NCBI GenBank assembly: GCA_024275415.1
Contig: JAJRZD010000017.1
Span: 30,001-62,000, forward strand
Source: an archaeon
GTDB taxonomy: Archaea; Asgardarchaeota; Thorarchaeia; Thorarchaeales; Thorarchaeaceae
DNA length: 32,000 nucleotides
Direction of reading: 5' to 3'
Made by a program: the position numbers and the translations under genes. This document shows positions 1 through 8,023 of this stretch, piece after piece (position 1 is the first letter of the stretch; every line of letters starts with the position of its first letter). The notes below the pieces were generated by a model that was not told the DNA's origin, did not search any database, and was given only the letters and a program-made list of their open reading frames with translations.

Positions 1-1
1 C

Positions 2-2782
2 ACTACTGATGGTGATGTCCTCAACATAACAGGGGAATACAAAGGAACCTCGACTGATTATGACTATTATTACACTAATGCCGTATCAATTTCGGATGCA
101 TCGTCATATTACATAGAATACCGTGCATATAAACCAAAATTCGCGGGTGTTAATGGCCCGTATATCTGCTTCTTCTCTGCTGATGACCTATCTGGCAGTT
201 ATGGAAAGGCAGTAATGCCGATTTCTGGAAGTGAATACACTACATATAGATACATTCTATCAGATTTTGGCGTGACTGGGGAAATTGAATCGTTTTACAT
301 CACAGCCTACACAAATACGGCGGGCGAAGAATGGGAAATGAATTTCGACTACATCCGAATTTTCCAATCGAACGAATCCGGATGGGCGCACGATGGAAGC
401 ACGACAGAATCCATCGGACTGGGAGCCTATGCATCCATTTCCTCGGACGGCGATGTATTGACGTTCACAGAAACAGCGAACGCACAGGCATTTGATTTTT
501 GGATAGACTACACATCAACGAATGCTAAAATTAGCACATCTGATTATCAGTTCTTAGAATTCAAAATAGACTCTACGACGAGCGGGGACGGAGACACAAG
601 GACATACTTGCCAAGAGTCTATGAGGACACATCAACTTACGTGAACATCTTTGATTACGTCAATGACACAGGTGTTTTCAGATTCAATTTGAAAGCCGCT
701 GGTTTGTCATATGTACGAAACATCAGGTTTTATCTCGAAGATGCATCTGACTCGTTCACACTCGATTATATCAAGATCTATTCTATTGCGGGTTTCAAAG
801 TCACCGAATCATCTACAACAACAAATGATGTGATTCATGTTGACAATGGTATTTTGAAATCATCAATCGATTCTGGTTTTTTTGTCTTGAACCGAGAACC
901 ATCAACACAATTTGATTCGAGTGTGTATAATGTCGTGAATGTGACAGCATCACAATATTCATCATTAGACTATGTGAAGATTACTTACAGCGATGGTCTT
1001 TTATCTGCACCAATTTACTTCACACGTGGAACAACATTCACAGCTGGAAAAGGACCAAATACGTTAGATTTTTACTTCACCTTGAGGGACAATAGTTCAA
1101 TCTCCGCCATCGAGTTCTGGAGCGACTCAACTCCGCCAAGCGTCCAGGAGAAGTACAGTAATCCTCGGGATCCGACGACCGCTGATAATGTCACAATAGA
1201 GGTGCAATCAAATGATATTGTTGGACTCTATACCTGTACAGCAAGAATTCTTGAACAACCCGATAGTTCGTCATTGTCGGATATATCATTGGCATTAGAA
1301 TACACAGGTTCATCAGGACTGGAATTATGGAGCTATACTATTGGCAGCAATTCACTCAGTGCCGGTAGATATTTGTTCGAGATTGACGCCTTTGATGGTG
1401 CCAACCACGACTACGCATTTCTTTCATTCACTGTCACAGAAGACTATCGTTTGACACGCATCAGGATTCGATCTAATCTCATCGGCGTGGATCAGTACAT
1501 CCCCTTCGAGCAGTTCGATGTGTATCTGAATGGTTCATTGTTATTGGACAACATCTTCGAAGCAGACACGTCGAAAGCGTACAACATAACGGTGAAGGAC
1601 CGCTGGGCCAATACTCTAAACTCTACTGTGTTTGCATGGTCAGCGGACATTGTGATTGACGTTCCTGTGTATTCACTCAAAGTCGTGTCCTGGTACGAGG
1701 ACTTCGTGTACTTCAATCTTACACGTGGGGGTACCGAATATTCAGAGGTAATTACTCCACTCGACACGGTTCCGTTCCTCCTCTTCCAGGGTAATTATAC
1801 ATGGGAAACAGATTACCGGAATGGTTCTGTGATTTCCGGCTCTCTTTCACTGACACGTTCTGACGCGATAGTGATTACTGGGAATACAATCGCGGATTTA
1901 GCAAGCCTTTCGACCTCCATATTGAACATGACGACAACCATCAATGTGACCGTGACCACGACACAGAATCAAGTCATCTCGATATCTATCGACCTCACAA
2001 ACGTCAATACAACAGTACACAACCAGCTCATTCAGATTCTCCTGAACATCACGAACAGCAACTCAACGATCTATTCGCAAGGATTACAGATTCTTTCAAC
2101 GATATCGAATACGAATGCGACTTTGTACAACCAAACCGTTGCGATCATATCGATGATAACGAATGTGAATTCGACACTCTATGATGCAATCATTGATGTG
2201 TCGAACGATCTCATTTTGATCAACAGCACATTGAGTGCGCAGTACCTATCCATAAGCTCAACACTGCTCTCGATAGATTCCTCATTAGCGAGTAACTTTA
2301 CGAACATTATTGCGAATTTGACAGCAATAGGGACAAATATCACTTCAAATCATCTCATCGTTGCGTCATTGCTTGCAGTAATCCAGTCTAACATCACAAC
2401 TAATTATCTATCATTGACTGCGACACTACATGCAATTGATTCGTCAATTACCGCGGAAGTCGTGGAACTCGCCGTGATGGTCGGGAATATTCCACTGTTT
2501 CGCGGAGTAACCACTGAAGAACTCGCAGCGATGTTGGGCATCGAGCTTGTAGATATCGATGGCGACGGCGTAGTGGATGGGCCGCGTGAGAATTTGAGTG
2601 AGAAGAATAGAGCGAGCACGCAGGAGCTCGTCGATTCGATGGTAGCGTTTTCAGCACTATTCCTGATCATCATGCTACTTTCTTTCGTCGTAATTCTTTC
2701 AGTGATTCGGAGGACATTAGATTCACTAGTCCGTCGCGTAACAGATATCATTCTCAAGAAAATCGGTTTCAAGGTGAACTAA
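2..2782 (+). CDS. Large membrane-anchored glycoprotein, putative viral spike/adhesin (5' partial)
   Basis: The frame is open from position 2 (TTDGDVLNITGEY...), so ATG 215 is internal. It has beta-rich repeats of about 140 aa, an Ig-like module, nine 18-aa helical repeats, many N-x-S/T sequons, a DxDxDG motif, and a C-terminal TM helix with a basic tail. Confidence 0.8.
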   Translation, partial: TTDGDVLNITGEYKGTSTDYDYYYTNAVSISDASSYYIEYRAYKPKFAGVNGPYICFFSADDLSGSYGKAVMPISGSEYTTYRYILSDFGVTGEIESFYITAYTNTAGEEWEMNFDYIRIFQSNESGWAHDGSTTESIGLGAYASISSDGDVLTFTETANAQAFDFWIDYTSTNAKISTSDYQFLEFKIDSTTSGDGDTRTYLPRVYEDTSTYVNIFDYVNDTGVFRFNLKAAGLSYVRNIRFYLEDASDSFTLDYIKIYSIAGFKVTESSTTTNDVIHVDNGILKSSIDSGFFVLNREPSTQFDSSVYNVVNVTASQYSSLDYVKITYSDGLLSAPIYFTRGTTFTAGKGPNTLDFYFTLRDNSSISAIEFWSDSTPPSVQEKYSNPRDPTTADNVTIEVQSNDIVGLYTCTARILEQPDSSSLSDISLALEYTGSSGLELWSYTIGSNSLSAGRYLFEIDAFDGANHDYAFLSFTVTEDYRLTRIRIRSNLIGVDQYIPFEQFDVYLNGSLLLDNIFEADTSKAYNITVKDRWANTLNSTVFAWSADIVIDVPVYSLKVVSWYEDFVYFNLTRGGTEYSEVITPLDTVPFLLFQGNYTWETDYRNGSVISGSLSLTRSDAIVITGNTIADLASLSTSILNMTTTINVTVTTTQNQVISISIDLTNVNTTVHNQLIQILLNITNSNSTIYSQGLQILSTISNTNATLYNQTVAIISMITNVNSTLYDAIIDVSNDLILINSTLSAQYLSISSTLLSIDSSLASNFTNIIANLTAIGTNITSNHLIVASLLAVIQSNITTNYLSLTATLHAIDSSITAEVVELAVMVGNIPLFRGVTTEELAAMLGIELVDIDGDGVVDGPRENLSEKNRASTQELVDSMVAFSALFLIIMLLSFVVILSVIRRTLDSLVRRVTDIILKKIGFKVN
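1994..2479 (+). repeat. Nine tandem 18-aa (54-nt) protein-level repeats in the spike stalk
   Basis: LTNVNTTVHNQLIQILLN / ITNSNSTIYSQGLQILST / ISNTNATLYNQTVAIISM / ITNVNSTLYDAIIDVSND / LILINSTLSAQYLSISST / LLSIDSSLASNFTNIIAN / LTAIGTNITSNHLIVASL / LAVIQSNITTNYLSLTAT / LHAIDSSITAEVVELAVM. Confidence 0.9.
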
Positions 2783-2784
2783 CT

Positions 2785-3048
2785 ATGCCAAAGCCAGTAG
2801 GAAAAAGAATACAGGTCGCAGAAGGAGCCGCGTGGTGCGGACGCCAACTGCTAGTGATAGTGTTAACAGCAGTCGTGGTTGGCATTATCTATTTCACGAA
2901 CTTGATTGGATACCTCATAGAAATTGCCGGTGTGCCAGTACATTACGCTCTGCTGATCATCGCAGGAATGATAGTAAGTTTTGTTGGAATCGTTGTCTGG
3001 CTCATCATGTATTCTATCAAATACACGGAGCGTGTCAAACATGTCTGA
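2785..3048 (+). CDS. Small two-helix hydrophobic protein (87 aa), candidate virion membrane or capsid protein
   Basis: Starts 2 nt after the spike stop. Two hydrophobic helices with basic ends. Confidence 0.75.
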   Translation: MPKPVGKRIQVAEGAAWCGRQLLVIVLTAVVVGIIYFTNLIGYLIEIAGVPVHYALLIIAGMIVSFVGIVVWLIMYSIKYTERVKHV

Positions 3049-3601
3049 TGTGACTGCCGAGCGCGAGTTCGCTCCCGTTCAGGAGCGGGAAGAACCTGAA
3101 AGCGAAAAGAAGGCGCTCATAACTGTCTTCGGTGTGGTCATCATCGTAGTCATTGTCGGTGTGGTTGTGTGGCTATCACCATTCTTTATCCCATACTGGG
3201 AATTCATGGGCGTCGCATGGCTCTGGGGCTACATTCCAATATCTCTCTTTGTCACAGTGTTAATCATCATGGCTGTGAGAGAATCAATCTCGCATCGTAT
3301 CCACAAGAAGGCTCAAGGGCGTTTTCTTTCACTAGACATTGGCAACTCCGGAGAAGAAGAGTGGAGTGAAACATTCAGGGTGAATTGGATTGTAGAAATC
3401 GACTTCAACAAGCATGGTTACGAACAACTGACCTCTGAGCAAAGACGGGTCATTGATGAGTATGATATCGCTCTTGAGAAGATCCGACAGACCTCACAAT
3501 ACAACGACCTGAAACGTAAGTTGACCGCGAAATCGAGAGAACCCACCGAATCTCGTTGGAGAGAGATGCTTAAACTGACAAGGAGGGACACAAGTGACTG
3601 A
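3041..3601 (+). CDS. Hypothetical membrane protein (186 aa, two N-terminal TM helices)
   Basis: ATG 3041 overlaps the previous stop, so it is preferred over the track start at 2981. Two hydrophobic segments are followed by a charged domain. Confidence 0.75.
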   Translation: MSDVTAEREFAPVQEREEPESEKKALITVFGVVIIVVIVGVVVWLSPFFIPYWEFMGVAWLWGYIPISLFVTVLIIMAVRESISHRIHKKAQGRFLSLDIGNSGEEEWSETFRVNWIVEIDFNKHGYEQLTSEQRRVIDEYDIALEKIRQTSQYNDLKRKLTAKSREPTESRWREMLKLTRRDTSD

Positions 3602-4436
3602 AACCAGCACGGCTGAAACAGAGTTGCAGAAGCTAGAACAGAAATGGCACGAAACGATAAAAGATAAGGATCTTGATGCGCTCGCTTCGGAAGCACACGT
3701 AATTAAGCGTGACATCGAACGGTTCGCAAGGAAACATGAAGGGCTACACCGAGCACTGAAATCTGAGATACAGACCCTCTTGGATCATCACGGCATCATG
3801 CCTAAGACGTGGCCCGGTTTGAAGAATTTGAAAGCATACTTGGTCGGGAGTGATAAGAGTGTTCGACTCTTAGTTTGTCCGAGTTCATTCGAGGATTGTT
3901 TCCACTTCGGCGACATCGAAATTCCTATCGCTGGGTGGTTCGCTAAAGTGAGCATGGCGTTCGGGTCTGCTGCACACATAGGCCCTGTAGTCCCATTCAT
4001 TGAGGACGACCTTACATCGTATTCGGTCCCACTCCAGGTCATCATCGGTTCTCGTTGGCATCGACAACAGTTCTTCAAGGCGATGGACTATTGGATGCAC
4101 ATGGATGGTAAAGAAATCATGAATCAAATTGACCTCGTTGATGAGTTTCAGAGCGCGAAGCTAGCTGCAATTCTCCTCACGATCGGGCGACAATTCAGAA
4201 GTGTCTGGGAGGCTCTTCTAACAAATGATAGAACGATTGTTTCATTTGGTGACGAGCTCGCGGCTTCGGCTATCCGTGATTTCACGCTCGGCATTGACGC
4301 CGGTGTGCCCGAGGACGAAGAAGAGGAGATTCACTTCTGGTCTAATATCTCATGGAAGAGGGCGGCTGGGGTCGTATTGCTTGTGGCATTGATCATAATC
4401 TCCGGGATTTTTATTATTGGAGCGTTGATTACATGA
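3594..4436 (+). CDS. Hypothetical protein with C-terminal TM anchor (280 aa)
   Basis: GTG start overlaps the upstream stop. N-terminal coiled-coil-like segment and a C-terminal hydrophobic helix. Confidence 0.75.
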   Translation: MTETSTAETELQKLEQKWHETIKDKDLDALASEAHVIKRDIERFARKHEGLHRALKSEIQTLLDHHGIMPKTWPGLKNLKAYLVGSDKSVRLLVCPSSFEDCFHFGDIEIPIAGWFAKVSMAFGSAAHIGPVVPFIEDDLTSYSVPLQVIIGSRWHRQQFFKAMDYWMHMDGKEIMNQIDLVDEFQSAKLAAILLTIGRQFRSVWEALLTNDRTIVSFGDELAASAIRDFTLGIDAGVPEDEEEEIHFWSNISWKRAAGVVLLVALIIISGIFIIGALIT

Positions 4437-4921
4437 GTGATGATGAATATCTTCGAGAGCATGTCCCACAATCAGTCCTTTCAGAACAATATTACCGAGA
4501 CAAGGGTCTCCGTGCTGCTGGTATAACAGTCGAAGCAATCGTTAATGACGCATTGGAACGCGAACCCGGCATCCACGGAATATGGGTTCATCCTAATATG
4601 CAAAGACCAGCAAAGAAATTCGTGAAACATGAGCGAATGCTGAAGCTGAAACACAGATCTGCAAAAACGAATAGGCTGTCAAGAACCGCAAATGCACTGC
4701 GAGATTTGCATGTCACACTTCATGAACTCTATGACGGTTACCATCCACCCGTCAGGACGATGGTAATGGGTGCCGCACCTGGAGAGCCCGCAACGGAGGT
4801 CGTTCCAATTCGATCGGGCTCGGATGAATTCAATCTCCTGACGAGTGCTCGGGAGCGTGTTGCTCGATCAGCCGATGCCGAGTCGGTCGTGAGGGATGAT
4901 AGTGAAGACCGAGGAACTTGA
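4433..4921 (+). CDS. Hypothetical protein (162 aa)
   Basis: ATGA overlap with the previous gene fixes the start at 4433 rather than 4352. Confidence 0.65.
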   Translation: MSDDEYLREHVPQSVLSEQYYRDKGLRAAGITVEAIVNDALEREPGIHGIWVHPNMQRPAKKFVKHERMLKLKHRSAKTNRLSRTANALRDLHVTLHELYDGYHPPVRTMVMGAAPGEPATEVVPIRSGSDEFNLLTSARERVARSADAESVVRDDSEDRGT

Positions 4922-6773
4922 GCGTGCGCGATATGATGTTTTGCCAACCCCCTATCCAGTTGGTAGAGGTGCAGATGGGTATCCATGCTACATTCAACAA
5001 GTCAGGACACAGAAAGGCGTCGAAATATGGCCGGTAGTGCCATTTCATGTGCGGCGATTCCCCCCTAGACGTGGATGGTGGAAACGAACAAAGGATCCAT
5101 GGATTGACAGATTCGACCAAGCATGGGAGTTCGATCAGAAATTCTGGAAGATTGTCGATGTCTACAGGGATTCCTGGAAACGTAGAATCATCAAGAACAA
5201 GTCGCTTAGGCGAGCAATACAGATTGACGGCACATGGAGGGTCTTGCGTTCGTTCAAGCAACTCGCTACCGGCATGAGCAAGAAGCATGAGGGCGGAAAT
5301 GTAGTATTCGCAATACGCGGATGGAAACGAACCGGAAAGACATACTTGGGCAAAATCCTTGGGAAGGTCTGGACCAATGTGATGCGTGATGAATACGGGA
5401 TTGAGAGCGATATCAAGACAGTTTTCGGCGTCAATCAAGTCCGCAAGATCCACAAGAAATGCAATAGAGGTGATTTCATTCTATGCGACGAAAGCGCAAA
5501 GCTAACCTCGAGCGGTGCGATCACAGCCATCATCAATCTCGTAAACATATTGGAGATATCCGGGCTGGATCAGATAGCGGTCGGATTCATTGGCCCGAAT
5601 TTCGACTTCAAAAGCGTGGGCGGAGCGCTTGACATGGGCTTCGATGTCCTTGGAGCCAACTTTGAACATGAGATGATACGGGCCCTAGTTTATGACAAGG
5701 AGGCTGAACCTCTCTATTGTGCCGGATTTCAACGTAATTTTCTTGCATCTGAATTCCCGACTTATCATGAAGCAAAAGCTAAGAAGAGCAAGGCGATTCG
5801 CGAAGATGACGGCGCAGAAGAAATCTGGGACGAGGAGGAATTCCAACAGGATGTTGCAAGACTAGTCGAGTACGCAAAAGAGGAATATGCCCATCAGCTT
5901 CGAGCGAAGCGATTTCCGCGGATCACGAGCCTAGAAGGTGATGCAAAGGATCTTCGAATCATCGGACACAGCGATTATATGAAGCGGGTTGCCTCGAAAG
6001 CACGTGACAAGCTTGAAAATTATGTGTATTCCCTCCCGGACACAAAAGAAACACCCCCTGACATACGTGTAGAGCACATTCCTGACGGGGAGGAGGAAAG
6101 AACACACATCTTTGTCCCATACCTCATCGCTGCGACGAACGCATATGTTTCCCAACCCCGATTCCGAGCTAACAAAAGGGCTATCCGACGATTCACACGA
6201 TTCTACTTCGAGAATCTCACCTATCAAGACATCGCCGAATTAGAATCAGATGAGAATAATGATGACCCTGATTACCACCGTGTGACCGCTAACAACATCG
6301 GAAAGGCTGTCAGAGGGTTGAGAAAAAAACTCAATAACAATGATGTCGGCGCCATAGGCGAGCTTGCAGTCATGAAATTCTTGGAATCTCGCCTCCCGCA
6401 GACACTCTCTCTGGTGCGTGGGCGGCGGTGCGGGTGCCTGGAGTCGGCTGACAACGACATCGACCTTGGGGTCGGGGACGAGGAGGGGGAACGGTTCGTG
6501 GCGGTGAACGTGAAGTTGTTCTTGAGCGAGAGGGACGGGTCGGTGATCCACTGCAGCCCGGAGTTCAGGCACAGCCCACACATGTGCGTGGTGGTCGAGG
6601 TGCGGCGGAAGGAGGGGTTGCGAGTGGAGGTGCTGCTGAACGGTCCCGAGGTGGAGACCCAGGCGCAGGCCAGGGAGGAGGGCAGGGTCGTCGACCTGGA
6701 ACGGATGGTGGGACTCCTGACCTTCGGCATTGGTTCTCCGGCGGTGGGTGCGGGGGAGGAGGCTTTCACGTGA
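4896..6773 (+). CDS. P-loop ATPase fused to an HTH and a C-terminal PD-(D/E)XK nuclease-like domain (625 aa)
   Basis: Walker A GWKRTGKT (about 5319), Walker B FILCDE (about 5475), HTH-like LTYQDIAE...ANNIGKAVRGL, and nuclease-like GAIGELAVMKFL...DIDL...VAVNVK from about 6348. Confidence 0.8.
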   Translation: MIVKTEELERARYDVLPTPYPVGRGADGYPCYIQQVRTQKGVEIWPVVPFHVRRFPPRRGWWKRTKDPWIDRFDQAWEFDQKFWKIVDVYRDSWKRRIIKNKSLRRAIQIDGTWRVLRSFKQLATGMSKKHEGGNVVFAIRGWKRTGKTYLGKILGKVWTNVMRDEYGIESDIKTVFGVNQVRKIHKKCNRGDFILCDESAKLTSSGAITAIINLVNILEISGLDQIAVGFIGPNFDFKSVGGALDMGFDVLGANFEHEMIRALVYDKEAEPLYCAGFQRNFLASEFPTYHEAKAKKSKAIREDDGAEEIWDEEEFQQDVARLVEYAKEEYAHQLRAKRFPRITSLEGDAKDLRIIGHSDYMKRVASKARDKLENYVYSLPDTKETPPDIRVEHIPDGEEERTHIFVPYLIAATNAYVSQPRFRANKRAIRRFTRFYFENLTYQDIAELESDENNDDPDYHRVTANNIGKAVRGLRKKLNNNDVGAIGELAVMKFLESRLPQTLSLVRGRRCGCLESADNDIDLGVGDEEGERFVAVNVKLFLSERDGSVIHCSPEFRHSPHMCVVVEVRRKEGLRVEVLLNGPEVETQAQAREEGRVVDLERMVGLLTFGIGSPAVGAGEEAFT

Positions 6774-6786
6774 AAGGCAAGGATCT

Positions 6787-6808
6787 GGGAGGGGTGGGTG
6801 TGTGCGGG
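6787..6808 (+). other. Canonical G-quadruplex-forming motif
   Basis: GGG-A-GGGG-T-GGG-TGTGTGC-GGG fits G3+N1-7 x4 and lies just after the ATPase stop. Confidence 0.5.
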
Positions 6809-6905
6809 AGATGAGCCATGCGGTATGAGAGCAGGAGCCTATTGAGCATTATTCACAGTTACACTTCCTGTGTATGTATCTCTCATGAGTAAACTTATGA
6901 ACAAG

Positions 6906-6929
6906 TTATTATCTAATAGCATGCTACTA
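6906..6929 (+). promoter_or_regulatory. TATA-like box plus 16-bp palindrome (putative operator) before the cargo operon
   Basis: TTATTAT at 6906-6912, about 30 nt before ATG 6940. TAATAGCATGCTACTA at 6914-6929 is a palindrome with one mismatch and a perfect TAGCATGCTA core. Confidence 0.5.
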
Positions 6930-6939
6930 AATAGACGAG

Positions 6940-7443
6940 ATGAGCACATTGCCGGATGATAGTGGGGCCGATTGGGATAGGACTGGGGATAAAGATGTCA
7001 AAAAACAAATTCATGATTATCTATTGGCGCTCTTCGTTGCCAATAACGCAGAACCTATCAGAGGCCGGATAATGCTGATTAAGCAGGCTTTCATTCTTTT
7101 CAAAGAGATTGTTCCCGAGCTGAAATCAAAAGTCAAATTCTTCCCCTATGAATGGGGTCCTTATAGTAATGACATAGCAGCAGGCATCAATGAGATGATC
7201 ACAAAAGGGTACATAGGTGTCCGGACTGAGGGGCGGGATAAGATCTATTATCTGACTCCGCTTGGACTGAAACAGGCCAAGTCCGCCATACAATCGATTC
7301 CAAAGGACTACTTAGAGGATATTGAACGGATGAAAATGACCACTCAAGAGATGGGGTTGAGTAGGCTTCTCCGGTTCATCTATTCTAATTATCCTCAATA
7401 TGCAAAATACTCTCGGGGGCGCGAAACATATGTCACTACCTGA
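6940..7443 (+). CDS. Panacea/SocA (DUF4065)-like antitoxin-domain protein (167 aa)
   Basis: PIRGRIMLIKQAFIL...FFPYEWGPYSNDI...LLRFIYSNYP resembles the SocA/DUF4065 pattern (P-x-x-G-R-x-x-L-x-K, GP[YV]S). Confidence 0.7.
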   Translation: MSTLPDDSGADWDRTGDKDVKKQIHDYLLALFVANNAEPIRGRIMLIKQAFILFKEIVPELKSKVKFFPYEWGPYSNDIAAGINEMITKGYIGVRTEGRDKIYYLTPLGLKQAKSAIQSIPKDYLEDIERMKMTTQEMGLSRLLRFIYSNYPQYAKYSRGRETYVTT

Positions 7444-8023
7444 CCTATTATCATTTGTTTTTTTCATATTAGGGGGCGGAGGTGCTGCAATTGGCATTCA
7501 TCTCAAGCTCGCCGAGCAATGGCTGAAGGACAAGAATGACCAAGTGGACAATCTTGTTGATGCCAAGCGATTCGCATTCATGGAATCATTGAATGAATCC
7601 TGCAAGAAAAGATCCGAAATGGAAGAGGAGAACGAAGAGGAATTCCCTCTTATTGGATTTGGCAGTCTTTATGAGTCTGTGGGTGAATTGACACGACTGG
7701 CTGAAGAATTCGATGCTGTAAATGGGTGCCTTTTTCAGTTGTCTCGGATTGTGCGGGATGGGGCCAAATACTGGCTCTTCGCTGCAATTACTCTCTGCAT
7801 TGGTTCGTTTTTGGTTTATATTGATGAATTCCTGCGAACTATCTGGTCTTTTGAAATTCTGAGTATTGCATTGATTATTGCATACCCCCTCTTTGTAATC
7901 ACCTTCTTGTTCGCGATGTTTGCGGTCAGAACCCTAATTATCACGTTGAATAAACTGAATAGATTAGATGAACAAAGCGAGGAACTTCAAAGATATGAGC
8001 GACAATGGAGGAAAAGAACATGA
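7430..8023 (+). CDS. Hypothetical 3-TM membrane protein (197 aa)
   Basis: ATG 7430 overlaps the upstream gene. One N-terminal and two C-terminal hydrophobic helices flank an acidic helical loop. Confidence 0.75.
   Translation: MSLPDLLSFVFFILGGGGAAIGIHLKLAEQWLKDKNDQVDNLVDAKRFAFMESLNESCKKRSEMEEENEEEFPLIGFGSLYESVGELTRLAEEFDAVNGCLFQLSRIVRDGAKYWLFAAITLCIGSFLVYIDEFLRTIWSFEILSIALIIAYPLFVITFLFAMFAVRTLIITLNKLNRLDEQSEELQRYERQWRKRT

Noticed and set aside
215-217. ATG 215 as the start of the spike gene
   Set aside because: The frame is open back to position 2 and contains another copy of the DGDVL repeat, so the gene starts outside the window.
4830-6769. Antisense ORFs of 90-207 aa opposite the ATPase gene (4830-5453, 5931-6227, 6246-6581, 6272-6769 and others)
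   Set aside because: They are shadows of a motif-bearing + strand gene and have no SD or recognisable motifs. The long ones at the 3' end reflect stop-codon scarcity in GC-rich DNA.
6400-6830. Diversity-generating retroelement variable region
   Set aside because: No reverse transcriptase and no template-repeat copy in the window. The bias is towards G at synonymous positions, not adenine randomisation.
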